Part shown: positions 43,213 to 54,305 of the stretch, in pieces
Layout of the letters: the number at the start of each line of letters is the position of its first letter
Numbering within the stretch: the stretch's first letter is position 1
From: a virus
Taxonomy: Duplodnaviria > Caudoviricetes
Direction: 5' to 3' (one strand)
DNA: 64,000 nucleotides
Virus record (IMG/VR): IMGVR_UViG_2868108522_000001
Coordinates: 22,546-86,545 of that record
Made by a program: the position numbers and the translations under genes
The notes under the pieces: generated by a model
The model's database searches: none
The model's input: only the letters and a program-made list of their open reading frames with translations
Told to the model about the DNA's origin: nothing

Positions 43213-46200
43213 GTGCCTGCCATCTCCGTTGGCTCCGTCGAAGTCGATGTTCTGCCCAACGCGACTGGTATCACCCGGCGGATGCAGCGGGCCGTCTTGC
43301 CTGCCGCGAATGAGGTGGGCGAGGAAGTCGGCCGCGTCATGGGCCGGTACATCTCCTCCGGGATCGCTGACGCGGTACGGGACGGCGTCCGGAACGGCGC
43401 CCGCGCCGCCCAACCGGCGGCCACCAGGGGCGGGCAGCAGGCGGGCGGCGCGTTCGCCCGGTCTCTGAAGGCCCGGCTTGAGGCCGCGTTCCGCAGCATG
43501 CCCAAGTTGAACGTCGGCCTGAACGACACGGGCGTCGACGCGGACCTGGCCCGGCTGCGGGCCAAGCTGGAATCCCTGGCCGGCAAGACCATCGGTATCG
43601 ACATCGATGCAGAGACGGCCCGTGCCCAGGCTGCGGACATCGAGGAGCGGTTGCGCCGGATCGGCGCCGCACACCCCAACGTCGCCGTGCGCGCGGACAC
43701 TGCGGCGGCTATCGCCCAGCTGAAGCTGTTGCGGGAGCAGATCGACGAGGTCAGCCGCGATCCGGCACACATTCGTGTGGAGACGGACGGCACTCTCGGC
43801 ACGAAGCTGCGCGCCGCGGTACAGCAGGCTGAGGCGTCTCTCCCGAACGTCAACATCGGCGCTGACACCACTCCGGCGCAGGTTGAGATCGCCCGGCTGC
43901 GTGCCCAGTTGACGTCGCTGCGGGACGCCAGGATCGGCATCGACATTGACGCTGCGACGGCCATGTCGCGGCTGGAGGAGGTACAAGCCCGACTGCAGCG
44001 GCTGTCTGCGTCGGATGCCGACGTCGCTGTCCGTGTGGATGCTGGGGCTGCCGCAGCTCAGCTTGCCGCACTGCAGGTGCAGGTGAGCCGCCTGGATGGG
44101 CGCACGGCCCGCATCGACATCGACACGAGCTCGGCGGCATCGCGCATGCAGATGCTGATCACCGCGGCGGTCGCTCTGGGTCCGGCGCTGTTGCCGGTGC
44201 TGCCGGTGGCGGCGGCTGGTTTGGGTGCGATCGCGGCGGCGGCGACGGCTGCGGCGGTGGGTGTCGGTTCGATCGCTCTGGTGGCGGTGCCTGCGTTCAT
44301 GCAGATGGGCAAGGTCATGCAGGCGCAGAAGGCCGCCCAGGATGCATCGACGCAGGCATCACTGCAGGGTGGCCAGGCCGCGTCGCAGGGCGCGCAGAAG
44401 GCGCTGCAGATGGCGGGCGCCCAGCAGTCGCTGGCGACGGCGCACCGCAACGCTGCCCGGCAGATCGCGCAGGCGGAACAGGGCGTGTCTGATGCGGTCC
44501 GTACCGCTGCGGAGGCCAACGAGCGGGCCGCCGACCAGGTCAAGCAGGCCAAGCAGTCGCTGGCGGACGCGGTGCAGCAGGCCGCGGACCGGCAGCGGCA
44601 GGCCGCCGAGCAGGTGGCGACAGCCGAGGAGTCCCTCGCGGACGCCCAGCGGGACGCTGTCCGGGCTCAGGACGATTTGAGTCAGGCCCGCCGGGAGGCG
44701 GCGCAGGATCTCGCCGACATGGAGTCGCGGCTGGCGAACGCGAAACTGTCGGAGCGGGACGCGACACTGGCCGTGCAGGAGGCGGAGCAGAAACTCCGCG
44801 CCGTACAGGCCGCGGGCGCCAACGCCTCCGAGCTGGACCGACAGCGCGCCCAGCTCGCCTACGACCAGGCCGTGCAGCGGCTCAAGGACCAGACGGCCGA
44901 GACGAAGGATCTGGCTGCGGAGAAGCAGGCCGCGGACAAGGCCGGCGTGGACGGGTCGGAGCGGGTCCGGGATGCGCAGGAGCGGCTGCAGGACGCGGAG
45001 AAGCGGGTTGGCGACCAGCAGAAAGCGCTGACCAAGGCTCGCCAGGATGCGGCCCGGCAGCAGGTTCAGGCCCAGCGGGACATTGCCGAGGCGCAGAACG
45101 ATGTGGCTGAGGCGCAGCGGAATGTGGCCCGCACTCAGGAAGACGGCGCGAGGTCTGTGGCCCGCGCCCAGGAGCAGCTCGTTTCGGCGCAGCAGTCGGC
45201 TGCGGATTCGATCGCATCAGCGCAGCGGCAGATCGCCTCCGCGTCGCAGTCTGCGGCCGGGGGCGTTGATCAGGCTGCCCTGGCGCAGCAGAAGTACCAG
45301 CAGGAGCTGGCGAAGCTGACTCCGGCCGCGAGGGAGACGTATGACGCTTTCCTGGGGTTGAAGAGCGCGTTCGGGGCCTGGTCCAAGAGCTTGCAGCCGG
45401 CTGTGATGCCGATCTTTACGCGGGCGATCAACGGGCTGAAGAACAGTCTTCCCGGGCTGACCCCGTTTGTGCTGGCTGCGGCGGACGCCATCGGCCGGCT
45501 GCAGGACCGGGCGTCGGCCGGGTTCAAGTCGCCGTGGTGGAAGGAGTTCAAGGCCGACCTGGAGAGCTCGGTGGGTCCGGCGATCGAGGGGCTCGGCATC
45601 TCCTTCGGCCGGATCTTCAAGGGGATGGCGGGGGCTATCCAAGCGTTCCTGCCGCACATCGATTCGATCTCTCAGCGGATGCAGGACATCACGGGCCGCT
45701 TCGCGAACTGGGGCACCGGCCTCAAGGGGTCGCCTGAGTTTGAGCGGTTCCTGGACTACAGCGCGGACATGGGCCCTCGTCTGAGCGGTGCGCTGAGGGA
45801 GCTTGCCGGGGCAGTCCTGTCGATCGCTAAGGCGCTGGAGCCGGTTCAGGGGCTTGTGCTGGGCGCCGTGGAAAAGACGTCAGAGGGGATCGCCTGGCTG
45901 GCAGAGAAGGCTCCGTGGCTGGTGCAGACGATCTGGGGCATCACGGCGGCGTTCACTGCCTGGAAGATCGCCATGTGGTTGTGGGCTGCGGCGATGAAGC
46001 TCGCCGCGATCGCCTACAAGCTGTTCGACGCAGCCCTGAAGATGTCCACCTTCGGATGGATCGTTACCGCGATCATCGGCATCGTCGCTGTGGTCATCCT
46101 GCTGTACACGAAATGCGAGTGGTTCCGGGACGCGGTCAAGGCCGTGTGGGCGGCGATCAAGACGGCGGCGCTCGGCCTGTGGGACTGGCTGAAGGGGCCG

Positions 46201-47841
46201 TTCGCCAGCTTCTGGACGAGTACGCTGCCGAACTTCTTCAAGTCCGGCTGGTCCAACATCAAGAACTGGGTGCTGTACCCGATCCGGGACTTCTTTACGA
46301 AGATCATCCCGGGGTGGGCGACCACACTGAAGAACAAGGCGGTCGGGGCGTGGAACGGAACCCGTGACGGGCTGAACACCGCCTGGTCAAAGATCAAGTC
46401 GTGGGTGCTGTATCCGATCCGTGACTTCTTCACCAAGACCGTCCCGGGCTGGGGTACCTCCCTGAAAGACAAGATGATCGACGCTTTCGAGGCTGCGGCG
46501 TCGGGCATCAAGACCGCCTGGGACAAGGTCAAGAAGTACGCCAAGGAGCCCATCCAGTACGTGGTCGACGTCGTGTACAACAACGGCATCCGCGGCGTCT
46601 GGAACAAGATCGCATCCGCGTTCGGTGCGGACAAGTTGCCGTACTTCAAGTTCGCGTCCGGCGGCATCATGCCTGGCTACACGCCTGGCCGGGACGTCCA
46701 CACCTTCTACTCCCCGACCGGTGGCGGCCTCGCCCTGTCCGGCGGCGAGGCCATCATGCGGCCCGAGTTCACCAGGGCCGTGGGTGCCGGGTTCGTCAAC
46801 ACGATGAACTCGGTTGCCAAGTCCCGTGGCTCGCAGGGAGTGAAGGCCGCGCTCGCCCCGGTGTTCGGCGGGAACCCATCGACGCCGACGGACACGTCGC
46901 TGAAGTACGCCTCCGGCGGCACGTTCCCGATGCAGCGGTTCGCGGACGGAGGCGTGTTCGGGTGGATCAAGGACAAGGCGTCGGCGGCGCTCGGTGTCGG
47001 CTCCGCAGCCTGGAACAAGATCAAGGAGGGGGCGTCGTGGCTGGGTGACACCCTCGAGCGGTCGGCTCGGGCTGGCGTCAAGAACGTCGTCGACCCGCTG
47101 CTGAAGTCCTTCCCCGGCATGGACACCGGCTTCGGGAAGATGATCCGCAAGATCCCCGACAAGATCATCGACACGCTGTTCGGGTACGCCAAAGAGGCCG
47201 ACAAGAAGGGCGGCAGCGGCATCGGCGGCCCCCGCATCGCCGCAGCACTCAAGTGGGCGAAGACCCAGAACGGCAAGCCCTACCAGTGGGCAGGCAACGG
47301 CAACCCCTCGTGGGACTGCTCCGGATTCATGTCGGCGATCGAGTCCGTCATCCGCGGGCAGCAGCCGCACCGCCGCTGGGCGACGATGGCGTTCTCCGGA
47401 AAGACGGCACCTCCCGGATGGGTCTACCACGGCAACAGCCCATTCAAGATCGGCATCACCAATGCCGGTGTCGGCCACACCGCGGGCACCCTCGGCAAGA
47501 CCAACGTCGAGAGCAGGGGCGGCGATGGCGTCATCGTCGGCAGCCGAGCCCGAAGCTACAAGGACTCGCTGTTCACCAGCTGGTACGGCTTCGAGCCCGG
47601 CAAGTACGACAACGGCGGCATGCTCCAGCCCGGCTTCAACCTCGCCTACAACGGGACGGGCAGGCCGGAGCCGGTGCTCACCGGGCGCCAGTTCAACGAC
47701 GTCATCAGCGGTCGAGGCGGCCCGGACCTCAGCGACCTGTCGCTCAACGTCTACGTGGGCAACGAGAAGATCCGCGACATCGCACGCGTGGAAGTCCTCG
47801 ACTCGCAGCAGCAGCTCGTCCAAGTCATCAAGTCCAGCTGA
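43213..47841 (+). CDS. Tape measure protein with C-terminal NlpC/P60-like peptidase
   Basis: 1542 aa, coiled coil, Trp/Phe periodic repeats, GKPYQWAG...WDCSG...GH. Confidence 0.93.
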   Translation: MPAISVGSVEVDVLPNATGITRRMQRAVLPAANEVGEEVGRVMGRYISSGIADAVRDGVRNGARAAQPAATRGGQQAGGAFARSLKARLEAAFRSMPKLNVGLNDTGVDADLARLRAKLESLAGKTIGIDIDAETARAQAADIEERLRRIGAAHPNVAVRADTAAAIAQLKLLREQIDEVSRDPAHIRVETDGTLGTKLRAAVQQAEASLPNVNIGADTTPAQVEIARLRAQLTSLRDARIGIDIDAATAMSRLEEVQARLQRLSASDADVAVRVDAGAAAAQLAALQVQVSRLDGRTARIDIDTSSAASRMQMLITAAVALGPALLPVLPVAAAGLGAIAAAATAAAVGVGSIALVAVPAFMQMGKVMQAQKAAQDASTQASLQGGQAASQGAQKALQMAGAQQSLATAHRNAARQIAQAEQGVSDAVRTAAEANERAADQVKQAKQSLADAVQQAADRQRQAAEQVATAEESLADAQRDAVRAQDDLSQARREAAQDLADMESRLANAKLSERDATLAVQEAEQKLRAVQAAGANASELDRQRAQLAYDQAVQRLKDQTAETKDLAAEKQAADKAGVDGSERVRDAQERLQDAEKRVGDQQKALTKARQDAARQQVQAQRDIAEAQNDVAEAQRNVARTQEDGARSVARAQEQLVSAQQSAADSIASAQRQIASASQSAAGGVDQAALAQQKYQQELAKLTPAARETYDAFLGLKSAFGAWSKSLQPAVMPIFTRAINGLKNSLPGLTPFVLAAADAIGRLQDRASAGFKSPWWKEFKADLESSVGPAIEGLGISFGRIFKGMAGAIQAFLPHIDSISQRMQDITGRFANWGTGLKGSPEFERFLDYSADMGPRLSGALRELAGAVLSIAKALEPVQGLVLGAVEKTSEGIAWLAEKAPWLVQTIWGITAAFTAWKIAMWLWAAAMKLAAIAYKLFDAALKMSTFGWIVTAIIGIVAVVILLYTKCEWFRDAVKAVWAAIKTAALGLWDWLKGPFASFWTSTLPNFFKSGWSNIKNWVLYPIRDFFTKIIPGWATTLKNKAVGAWNGTRDGLNTAWSKIKSWVLYPIRDFFTKTVPGWGTSLKDKMIDAFEAAASGIKTAWDKVKKYAKEPIQYVVDVVYNNGIRGVWNKIASAFGADKLPYFKFASGGIMPGYTPGRDVHTFYSPTGGGLALSGGEAIMRPEFTRAVGAGFVNTMNSVAKSRGSQGVKAALAPVFGGNPSTPTDTSLKYASGGTFPMQRFADGGVFGWIKDKASAALGVGSAAWNKIKEGASWLGDTLERSARAGVKNVVDPLLKSFPGMDTGFGKMIRKIPDKIIDTLFGYAKEADKKGGSGIGGPRIAAALKWAKTQNGKPYQWAGNGNPSWDCSGFMSAIESVIRGQQPHRRWATMAFSGKTAPPGWVYHGNSPFKIGITNAGVGHTAGTLGKTNVESRGGDGVIVGSRARSYKDSLFTSWYGFEPGKYDNGGMLQPGFNLAYNGTGRPEPVLTGRQFNDVISGRGGPDLSDLSLNVYVGNEKIRDIARVEVLDSQQQLVQVIKSS

Positions 47842-47850
47842 GGAGGTCAC

Positions 47851-50079
47851 ATGGCGATCCCCGGAAACCTCCTCAGCCAGACCACGGAGAGCGTCGACCC
47901 GAACACTTCCGGGTGGACGACGCTGCTCAACGCGACGATCAGTAAGGGGGGAGGCGGCCGGAACGGCGACGGCTGCCTCCTCGTCAAATCGGTGGCGGCA
48001 GGCGAAACCCGGGCTCGCACTGTCTCCTCCTACCCGGTCACCGCCGGAACCACCTACCAGGCCTTCGCCGACGCCTCCGGCGCCACCGTCCCCGAACGCA
48101 TCGGCATCCGCTGGCTCAACGCCACCGGAACCGAGATCAGCATCACCTGGTCGCTGGTCACCATGGCTGCCGCAGCAGCTTGGCATCGCATCAGCGTGGC
48201 CGGTACAGCACCGACCGGCACGGCCAAGGCGCAGGTCGTGCTGTCGACGATGACGCCCGCCGCACCGAACGTCATCTCGTACTTCGAGAACGTCTACCTC
48301 GGCCTGCCGATCCGCACGACAGGCAATCTCTTCGGGTTCGGCACCGAGTCGACGGAGATCGACGCATCCGGGTGGACATCCGAGGTCAACGCGACGATCA
48401 GCCGGCAGGTGCCGGTCGTGTCCTGGTCGGTCGACTGGTACTGGGCGGGCGGACACACCCTCGCCGTCACTGCCGCCGCGGCAGGTAACGCTGCGGCGGT
48501 CGCCGTGGACCGTCCGACTGTCACCCCGGGCGTCGAATATCTGGCTTACGCCTACCTGCAGCCGCCGACCCTGTCGTCGGTGGCGTGGCTCGAGTTGCGG
48601 TTCTACGACTCCAACGGCAACCAGATCCAGGTCACGCGGGCGACGCTCGCGCCGCCGGGTACCGGCTTCTACCGGCAGCTGCTGTCGGCGGTCGCACCGG
48701 CGTCGGCAGCCACCTGCGGGATCGCGGCCGGTTTGGACGGGGCTGCGGCAGGGCAGGTGCTGCGCCTGGAGACGGTCGTCGTCAAGTCTCTGGTCCCGCT
48801 CGTCACGGGCACCGTCCTTCCGTACTCAAGTAGTAGCTTCGAGCAGGGCACGGGCGGCTGGTCGGTGGCGTCGGGGCCTGCCACGCTGGCCCGGTCCACG
48901 CCGTGGGGTGCCGCCGCCTACTCCGGCAACTACTCGCTCACCGTCACGTCGGCGACGGCGGCCACGTCGACGCTTCGATCGCCGCTCGCCCCGGTCGTGG
49001 AGGGCGTGAACTGGAGGGCGCAGATCATCGTCCGGCACTCTGCCGGATCGTGGACGTCAGCGACGGTACGCGTCCGCTGGTACGACGCGGGCAGTGCCAG
49101 TCTGGGCACGAGCACGGGTGTCGCCTACGCGGTGCCGCCCGGCTCCTGGTATCTGCTGACGTCGGACGCGGTCGCCCCCGCAGGCGCCACGCAGGCGGCG
49201 GTCGAGGTTGTGGCCGTCGCCGCTTCTACGGCGTCGGTGCTGTGGGTGGACGGGGTCGCCCTGTGGCAGGTGCTGCCCCTGACCGCCGTGGAAGCCGTCT
49301 CGGCCGACGGATACGTGCAGGTGACGCTGCGGGAACTGCCCGCCGACTATCTGGTCAGCCTGTACCGGATCACCCCCGACGGGGCGCGCACCCTTGTGCG
49401 GGGCCCGGACGGGCTGATCAACCAGCAGCCGGTCACGAGTGACGTCATGGTGCTGGAGGACCACGAGGCGCCGCTCGGCGTCGACGTGTCCTACCGTGTC
49501 GAGCTGTACAGCAGCCCCGGAGTGCTCGCCTCCACCCGCTCCTCGGACCCGGTACTGCTGATCCACGCCGACATCAACGTGGCCTGGCTGAAGGATCCCG
49601 GGAATCCGCAGCGGAACGTGCGGGTGCTGGTGCAGAAGGCGCCGGAGTGGGAGCGGCCCATCGAGCAGGCCACGCACGTGATCCGCGGACGCCGCAACAA
49701 GGTCATCCTGTCCGGCAGGCGGCAGGGCCTGGAGGGCGACCTCGCCATCTGGACCCGCACCGATGCCGAACGGCAGGCGCTCCACCTGCTCCTCGACTCC
49801 GGCAACACCCTGCTGTGGCAGGCCGCACCCGGCATGGGCGTCACCGACATGTACGTGTCTGTCGCCAACATCAGCGAAGGCCGGGTCACGCACCTTGCCC
49901 AGGAGCAGTGGCGGACGTGGACGCTGCCGCTCACCGAGCAGGACATGCCGGTCACGGTCGGCGTGAACGGGGCAGCTGGCCGCACTTGGCAGGACGTGCT
50001 CACCGAGTTCTCGACCTGGGCGGACCTTCTCGACGTGTACGGCACGTGGGAGGCCGTGTGGCTCGACCAGCGGGGGTGA
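47851..50079 (+). CDS. Distal tail/minor tail protein with three carbohydrate-binding-like repeats
   Basis: Three repeated N-terminal beta domains (e.g. IRWLN, LRFYD, VRWYD...APAGA) and a Dit-like C-terminus. Confidence 0.75.
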   Translation: MAIPGNLLSQTTESVDPNTSGWTTLLNATISKGGGGRNGDGCLLVKSVAAGETRARTVSSYPVTAGTTYQAFADASGATVPERIGIRWLNATGTEISITWSLVTMAAAAAWHRISVAGTAPTGTAKAQVVLSTMTPAAPNVISYFENVYLGLPIRTTGNLFGFGTESTEIDASGWTSEVNATISRQVPVVSWSVDWYWAGGHTLAVTAAAAGNAAAVAVDRPTVTPGVEYLAYAYLQPPTLSSVAWLELRFYDSNGNQIQVTRATLAPPGTGFYRQLLSAVAPASAATCGIAAGLDGAAAGQVLRLETVVVKSLVPLVTGTVLPYSSSSFEQGTGGWSVASGPATLARSTPWGAAAYSGNYSLTVTSATAATSTLRSPLAPVVEGVNWRAQIIVRHSAGSWTSATVRVRWYDAGSASLGTSTGVAYAVPPGSWYLLTSDAVAPAGATQAAVEVVAVAASTASVLWVDGVALWQVLPLTAVEAVSADGYVQVTLRELPADYLVSLYRITPDGARTLVRGPDGLINQQPVTSDVMVLEDHEAPLGVDVSYRVELYSSPGVLASTRSSDPVLLIHADINVAWLKDPGNPQRNVRVLVQKAPEWERPIEQATHVIRGRRNKVILSGRRQGLEGDLAIWTRTDAERQALHLLLDSGNTLLWQAAPGMGVTDMYVSVANISEGRVTHLAQEQWRTWTLPLTEQDMPVTVGVNGAAGRTWQDVLTEFSTWADLLDVYGTWEAVWLDQRG

Positions 50080-50082
50080 CCG

Positions 50083-51174
50083 ATGTATCCCGTCTCTGAC
50101 CGGTTCCTCGCCCGGCTCGCCGAATCCCACCGTGTCGCCACCGAAGTGACGCTGTTCCTCACGGACGGCAGCGTCGTCGACTTGGAGCACACGGGCGGCA
50201 GCGTCACCGTTGACCGCGGGCAGGCGATCCGCCGCACCTGCACCGTCACCGTGCCCGACCCGGCCCTGATCCCGCGAACCCCGTCGGATCAGCTAGCCAC
50301 CTACGGCGCCCGACTGCGGGTGGCCCGCGGAGTCGAGTACGGGGACGGCAGCCAAGAGCTGGTGCCGGTCGGCGTGTTCCGACTCGACAGCGTCGAAGGA
50401 GACGTCAGCGAAGGCCCGGTCAGTCTCCAGGGCAAAGACCTGTCCGCGTGCATCGCCGACGACAAGTTCACGACGCCGTGGACAGCCTCCGGCACCGTAC
50501 TCGGCGCCATCACCGCCCTGGTACAGCGGTCCCTGCCAGACGCCGAAATCATCGCGGCGATCTCTGATGCGGCGATCGGGCGGCGGGTCTTCGACGTTGA
50601 AGGCGATCCGTGGGCGGCCTGCCAGGAGATCGCCGCAGCAGCAGGCGCCGAGGTGTACGCCACCGCCGACGGCCAGTTCACCGTCGCCATCCTCCCCGAC
50701 CTGCTCACCACCATCCCAGCCTGGGAGATCGCAGCCGAAGAGGGCGGCACCTACATCACCGCCTCCCGCGGCATGGCCTCCGACCGCGTCCACAACGGCG
50801 TCCTGGCCCGCGGCGAAAACACCAGCGAGAACATTCCGCCGGTGTCGGCGCTGATCACCGACGACGATCCGGGCAGCCCCACCTACTGGGGCGGCCCGTT
50901 CGGACGCAGGCCGATGTTCTACAGCTCGTCGACGCTTACCACGACCGGCGCCTGCCAGGCCGCGGCACGCCTGAAGCTGGCCGCCGCCAGAGCCCCGAAC
51001 GCCACCGGCGACATTTCCTCCCTGCCGAACCCGGCGCTGGAGCCGGGCGATGTGCTGCGGATCGTGCACCCGGACGGCAGCCGCGAACTCCACCAGGCGG
51101 CCTCGTTCACGGTGCCCCTCGACGAGGGCGGCGACTTTCCGATCTCTACCATCTCCGCGAAGGAAGACTCGTGA
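50083..51174 (+). CDS. Baseplate hub protein (DUF5047-like)
   Basis: GGSVTVD...IRRT...PNPALEPGD; position. Confidence 0.75.
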   Translation: MYPVSDRFLARLAESHRVATEVTLFLTDGSVVDLEHTGGSVTVDRGQAIRRTCTVTVPDPALIPRTPSDQLATYGARLRVARGVEYGDGSQELVPVGVFRLDSVEGDVSEGPVSLQGKDLSACIADDKFTTPWTASGTVLGAITALVQRSLPDAEIIAAISDAAIGRRVFDVEGDPWAACQEIAAAAGAEVYATADGQFTVAILPDLLTTIPAWEIAAEEGGTYITASRGMASDRVHNGVLARGENTSENIPPVSALITDDDPGSPTYWGGPFGRRPMFYSSSTLTTTGACQAAARLKLAAARAPNATGDISSLPNPALEPGDVLRIVHPDGSRELHQAASFTVPLDEGGDFPISTISAKEDS

Positions 51175-51770
51175 GCGTGCACCGCGACCTCGCGTGGGCG
51201 CTGAAACAGCAGGCCCAGCGGGTGGGGGAGCAGGCCCCGTCCGTGCGCGGCGCCGACTGGCGGCAGGCCGTCGTGACCGCAGTCGGCACGGACGGCACGG
51301 TCGCGGCCGACGAGATCCCCGCGATCCGCTGCCTGCAGTCCTACCTCGCACCTGCTGTCGGCGACGTCATCGTCATCTCCCAGTCCTCGATGGGGAACTG
51401 GCTGGCGCACGGCCGCCTCACTTCGACCACCCCGGCCTGGACGACGCTGCCACTCGCCGGTGGCTGGACCGCGAACGCCTCCTACTACGCGCCCGCCTAC
51501 CGGCTGTGGGGTGACGGTACTGCCAGCCTGTGCGGCCTCGCGCAGATGTCGGGGACGCTCACCTCCGGTACGACCGTTGCGACGCTGCCGCTGGAGGCCC
51601 AGCCGGCGGCTGGCGTGAGGGCCGCCGTGCAGGTCGCGATCGGCTACTTCGGCGCGATGACGATCTCCACCAACGGCGCGATCCAGCTCGGGGACTTCAG
51701 CGGGACCCTCCCCACCACCGGCAACAAATACGCGGAGTACGACGTGTTTGGCCGCTACCGGCTCAAGTAG
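51171..51770 (+). CDS. Minor tail protein
   Basis: YLAPAVGDV...W..LPLAGGW...TLP..AQP. Confidence 0.7.
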   Translation: MSVHRDLAWALKQQAQRVGEQAPSVRGADWRQAVVTAVGTDGTVAADEIPAIRCLQSYLAPAVGDVIVISQSSMGNWLAHGRLTSTTPAWTTLPLAGGWTANASYYAPAYRLWGDGTASLCGLAQMSGTLTSGTTVATLPLEAQPAAGVRAAVQVAIGYFGAMTISTNGAIQLGDFSGTLPTTGNKYAEYDVFGRYRLK

Positions 51771-51783
51771 AAAGGGGGCGCTT

Positions 51784-52467
51784 GTGCCCACCACGGATCG
51801 ATACGGGCAGGGTGTACAGATCGCGTCCCTGGCCGACGCGCCGAACGCTGAGACTCTCGCCAGCAACATCGCCAACGCGATCGTCGAACGGTCGGCGATG
51901 CGCTTCGCGTCGGCGTCGGCCCGCAACGCCACCCTGACGGCGCCGGTTGCGGGCATGCAGGCGTGGCTGAACGACACGAAGCAGCTCACCGTCTACGACG
52001 GCACCCAGTGGCTGATCGCCGTAACCGCTACGGCGGGCATGCAGTCGTGGACACCGACCTGGTCCACGGACACCGGCCAGCACCTGCCGATCTTCGGAAA
52101 CGCGGACGTGCGCTGCAAGTTCATGCAGCTCGGACCCGCAGTCTTCTTCAACATGTGGGTCGAGTTCGGCTCCACCACGAACTTCGGGGCCGGCGTGACG
52201 ACGGGCGACAACTGGAGGTTCTCCCTCCCCAAGACCCCGAACGTCACCTCCATCACCGTGGGCACCTGCCACCTGTTCGTCGGGTCGCTCACCCGGGCCG
52301 TGTCCGGGCCGGCCCTCATCAACTCGGCTGGCTTCCTGAACTTGTACATCGGTTCTGGCCCGTCTAACGGCAACGTCGCCAACGGCGGCGTCGTCGACTC
52401 CCTGTCGCCGTTCACGTGGGGATCAGGCGACCGCCTGTCCGTCGTCGGCCAGTACGAAGCCGTCTAA
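51784..52467 (+). CDS. Minor tail / receptor-binding protein
   Basis: FASASARNA...P..GMQAW......YDG..W, WTPTW, FSLP. Confidence 0.7.
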   Translation: MPTTDRYGQGVQIASLADAPNAETLASNIANAIVERSAMRFASASARNATLTAPVAGMQAWLNDTKQLTVYDGTQWLIAVTATAGMQSWTPTWSTDTGQHLPIFGNADVRCKFMQLGPAVFFNMWVEFGSTTNFGAGVTTGDNWRFSLPKTPNVTSITVGTCHLFVGSLTRAVSGPALINSAGFLNLYIGSGPSNGNVANGGVVDSLSPFTWGSGDRLSVVGQYEAV

Positions 52468-52530
52468 CCCGCCTCACTACCCGTCGCCCCGCCTGGTTTG
52501 GCCGGGGCGTTCCGCATCTCTGGAGGCCTG

Positions 52531-53496
52531 ATGGCCGCACCGCTGCCCTACGCGACGTTCCTCCGCGTACTCCGCGCCGAGGGCTTGACCGTCATCGAGC
52601 ACAAGACCGACGGGAGGTCCCCGGCAGACCACAACCGCAACCACAAGGGCGCCTGGGGCCCCGTCCACGGTGTCCTGCTGCACCACACCGTGACGTCCGG
52701 CCACGACCGCACGATCGAAATCTGCCGCACCGGACACAGCACCCTGCCCGGCCCGCTCTGCCACGGCGTCATCTGCAAGCAGGGCCACATCCACGTGGTC
52801 GGCTACGGCCGCGCCAACCATGCCGGGCTCGGCGACGACGACGTCCTCCAGGCCGTCATCAACGAGCACGCCCTGCCGCCGGACAACGAGGCGAACACCG
52901 ACGGCAACCGGCACTTCTACGGCTTCGAGTGCGAGAACCTCGGCGACAACAAGGACCCCTGGCCCGCCGTCCAGGTCGACGCGATGGTGCGCGCGGCGGC
53001 GGCCCTGCTCCGGGCCCACGGCTGGAACAAGAACGGTGCTGGCGCCATCTCCGCGATCGCGCACGCCGAGTGGCAGCCCGGCAAGGTCGACCCCCGCGGC
53101 CCCGGCTACCCCGGGCACGCCGGTATCCGCTCGCGCGTCGCCGAGCGGCTGAAGCACCCCGCCTCGTGGAGCCCCGGCAGCACGGCTCCGACGAAGCCGA
53201 CCACCCCCAACCCCCCTCAGGAGGAAGACATGGATGCAGGAGACGTCTGGGGTTTCCACGGCAAGCTCCCCGACGGCAAGCCGGACCCCGCCGACGTACT
53301 CGCCTACGTGCGCGGCACCAACGGCTCCGTCCGGGCCGTCGCCGAGAAGGTCGACGCGCTCACGGCCAAGGTCGACGGCGTGGAGCGGCAGCCCCTCACC
53401 GACGACCAGGTCGCGGCGATCGCCTCCGCGGTCGCCGCCCATCCGGCGCTGGCGCAGTCCATCGCCGACACCCTCGCCACCCGCCTCAAGGACTGA
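52531..53496 (+). CDS. Endolysin, N-acetylmuramoyl-L-alanine amidase
   Basis: LLHHT, LPGPLCH, GRANHAG, YGFECEN, H.EW..GK.DP Zn-amidase motifs. Confidence 0.92.
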   Translation: MAAPLPYATFLRVLRAEGLTVIEHKTDGRSPADHNRNHKGAWGPVHGVLLHHTVTSGHDRTIEICRTGHSTLPGPLCHGVICKQGHIHVVGYGRANHAGLGDDDVLQAVINEHALPPDNEANTDGNRHFYGFECENLGDNKDPWPAVQVDAMVRAAAALLRAHGWNKNGAGAISAIAHAEWQPGKVDPRGPGYPGHAGIRSRVAERLKHPASWSPGSTAPTKPTTPNPPQEEDMDAGDVWGFHGKLPDGKPDPADVLAYVRGTNGSVRAVAEKVDALTAKVDGVERQPLTDDQVAAIASAVAAHPALAQSIADTLATRLKD

Positions 53497-53499
53497 CCC

Positions 53500-53862
53500 A
53501 TGAAGATCTTCGGCAGAGAGCCTGCCCTCATCATCGCCACACTGTCTGCAGGCCTGTCCCTGCTGGTCACGTTCGGGTTCGGCCTGTCGGCGGAGCAGGC
53601 GGGTGCCATCGTCGCCGTCATCTCCGCCGTCTTCGCCGTGGCTACCGCCCTCATCACCCGACCCATCGCCCCGTCGGCGTTCACCGGACTCGTCGCCGCG
53701 GTCGCCGCACTCCTCGCCGCCTACGGCCTCGACCTGTCACCGGAGAAGATCGGCGCTCTCAACGCCGTCGTCCTCGCCGGACTCGCCCTCCTCACCCGCG
53801 GCCAGGTCGTCCCGTCCAGCCCGAGTACCCCGGCGACGGCCGAACCCCCGCGGGCGGTCTGA
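53500..53862 (+). CDS. Holin
   Basis: FGREPAL start, four hydrophobic segments, follows the endolysin. Confidence 0.8.
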   Translation: MKIFGREPALIIATLSAGLSLLVTFGFGLSAEQAGAIVAVISAVFAVATALITRPIAPSAFTGLVAAVAALLAAYGLDLSPEKIGALNAVVLAGLALLTRGQVVPSSPSTPATAEPPRAV

Positions 53863-54305
53863 TGCCGTGCCGTGCGGCCCGGCGGCTGTACAAGACGCTG
53901 GGCCGCCGCGGCTGCTTCCTCCTCATCCTCGGCACCGGCAAAACCTGCTGGGGCCTGTCCTTCCTCTTCGACCCGCCCGCAGACCACGGACTGAAACTGC
54001 TCACCGACGCGTGCAGCCTCCGGCACTGGGCGTGGCTGTGGATCGTCGCCGGACTCGTCACCGTCGGCTCCGCGTTCCTCCGGATCGGACGCGACAGGAT
54101 CGGTTTCGCTGTCGCCCTGATTCCCCCCACGGTGTGGGCAACCGCCTACACGACCGCCGTCATCAGCGGCTACTACTCCCGCGGCGCCTACGTCGCACTC
54201 TGGTATCTCACCTCCCACGTGGGGGTCATCCTGTGGGCGGCCACGGTCCCCGAGTACTCGGTCCCCCGCGCACCGAGGCCTGCCCGGAGAGGCAAGGCCG
54301 CATGA
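53862..54305 (+). CDS. Membrane protein (lysis cassette)
   Basis: Multiple TM segments; TGATG coupling. Confidence 0.7.
   Translation: MPCRAARRLYKTLGRRGCFLLILGTGKTCWGLSFLFDPPADHGLKLLTDACSLRHWAWLWIVAGLVTVGSAFLRIGRDRIGFAVALIPPTVWATAYTTAVISGYYSRGAYVALWYLTSHVGVILWAATVPEYSVPRAPRPARRGKAA

Noticed and set aside
46200-46470. Internal DNA repeat in the tape measure gene (WVLYPIRDFFTK twice)
   Set aside because: Ordinary tape measure repeat unit, not a diversity-generating retroelement repeat pair; no reverse transcriptase in the window
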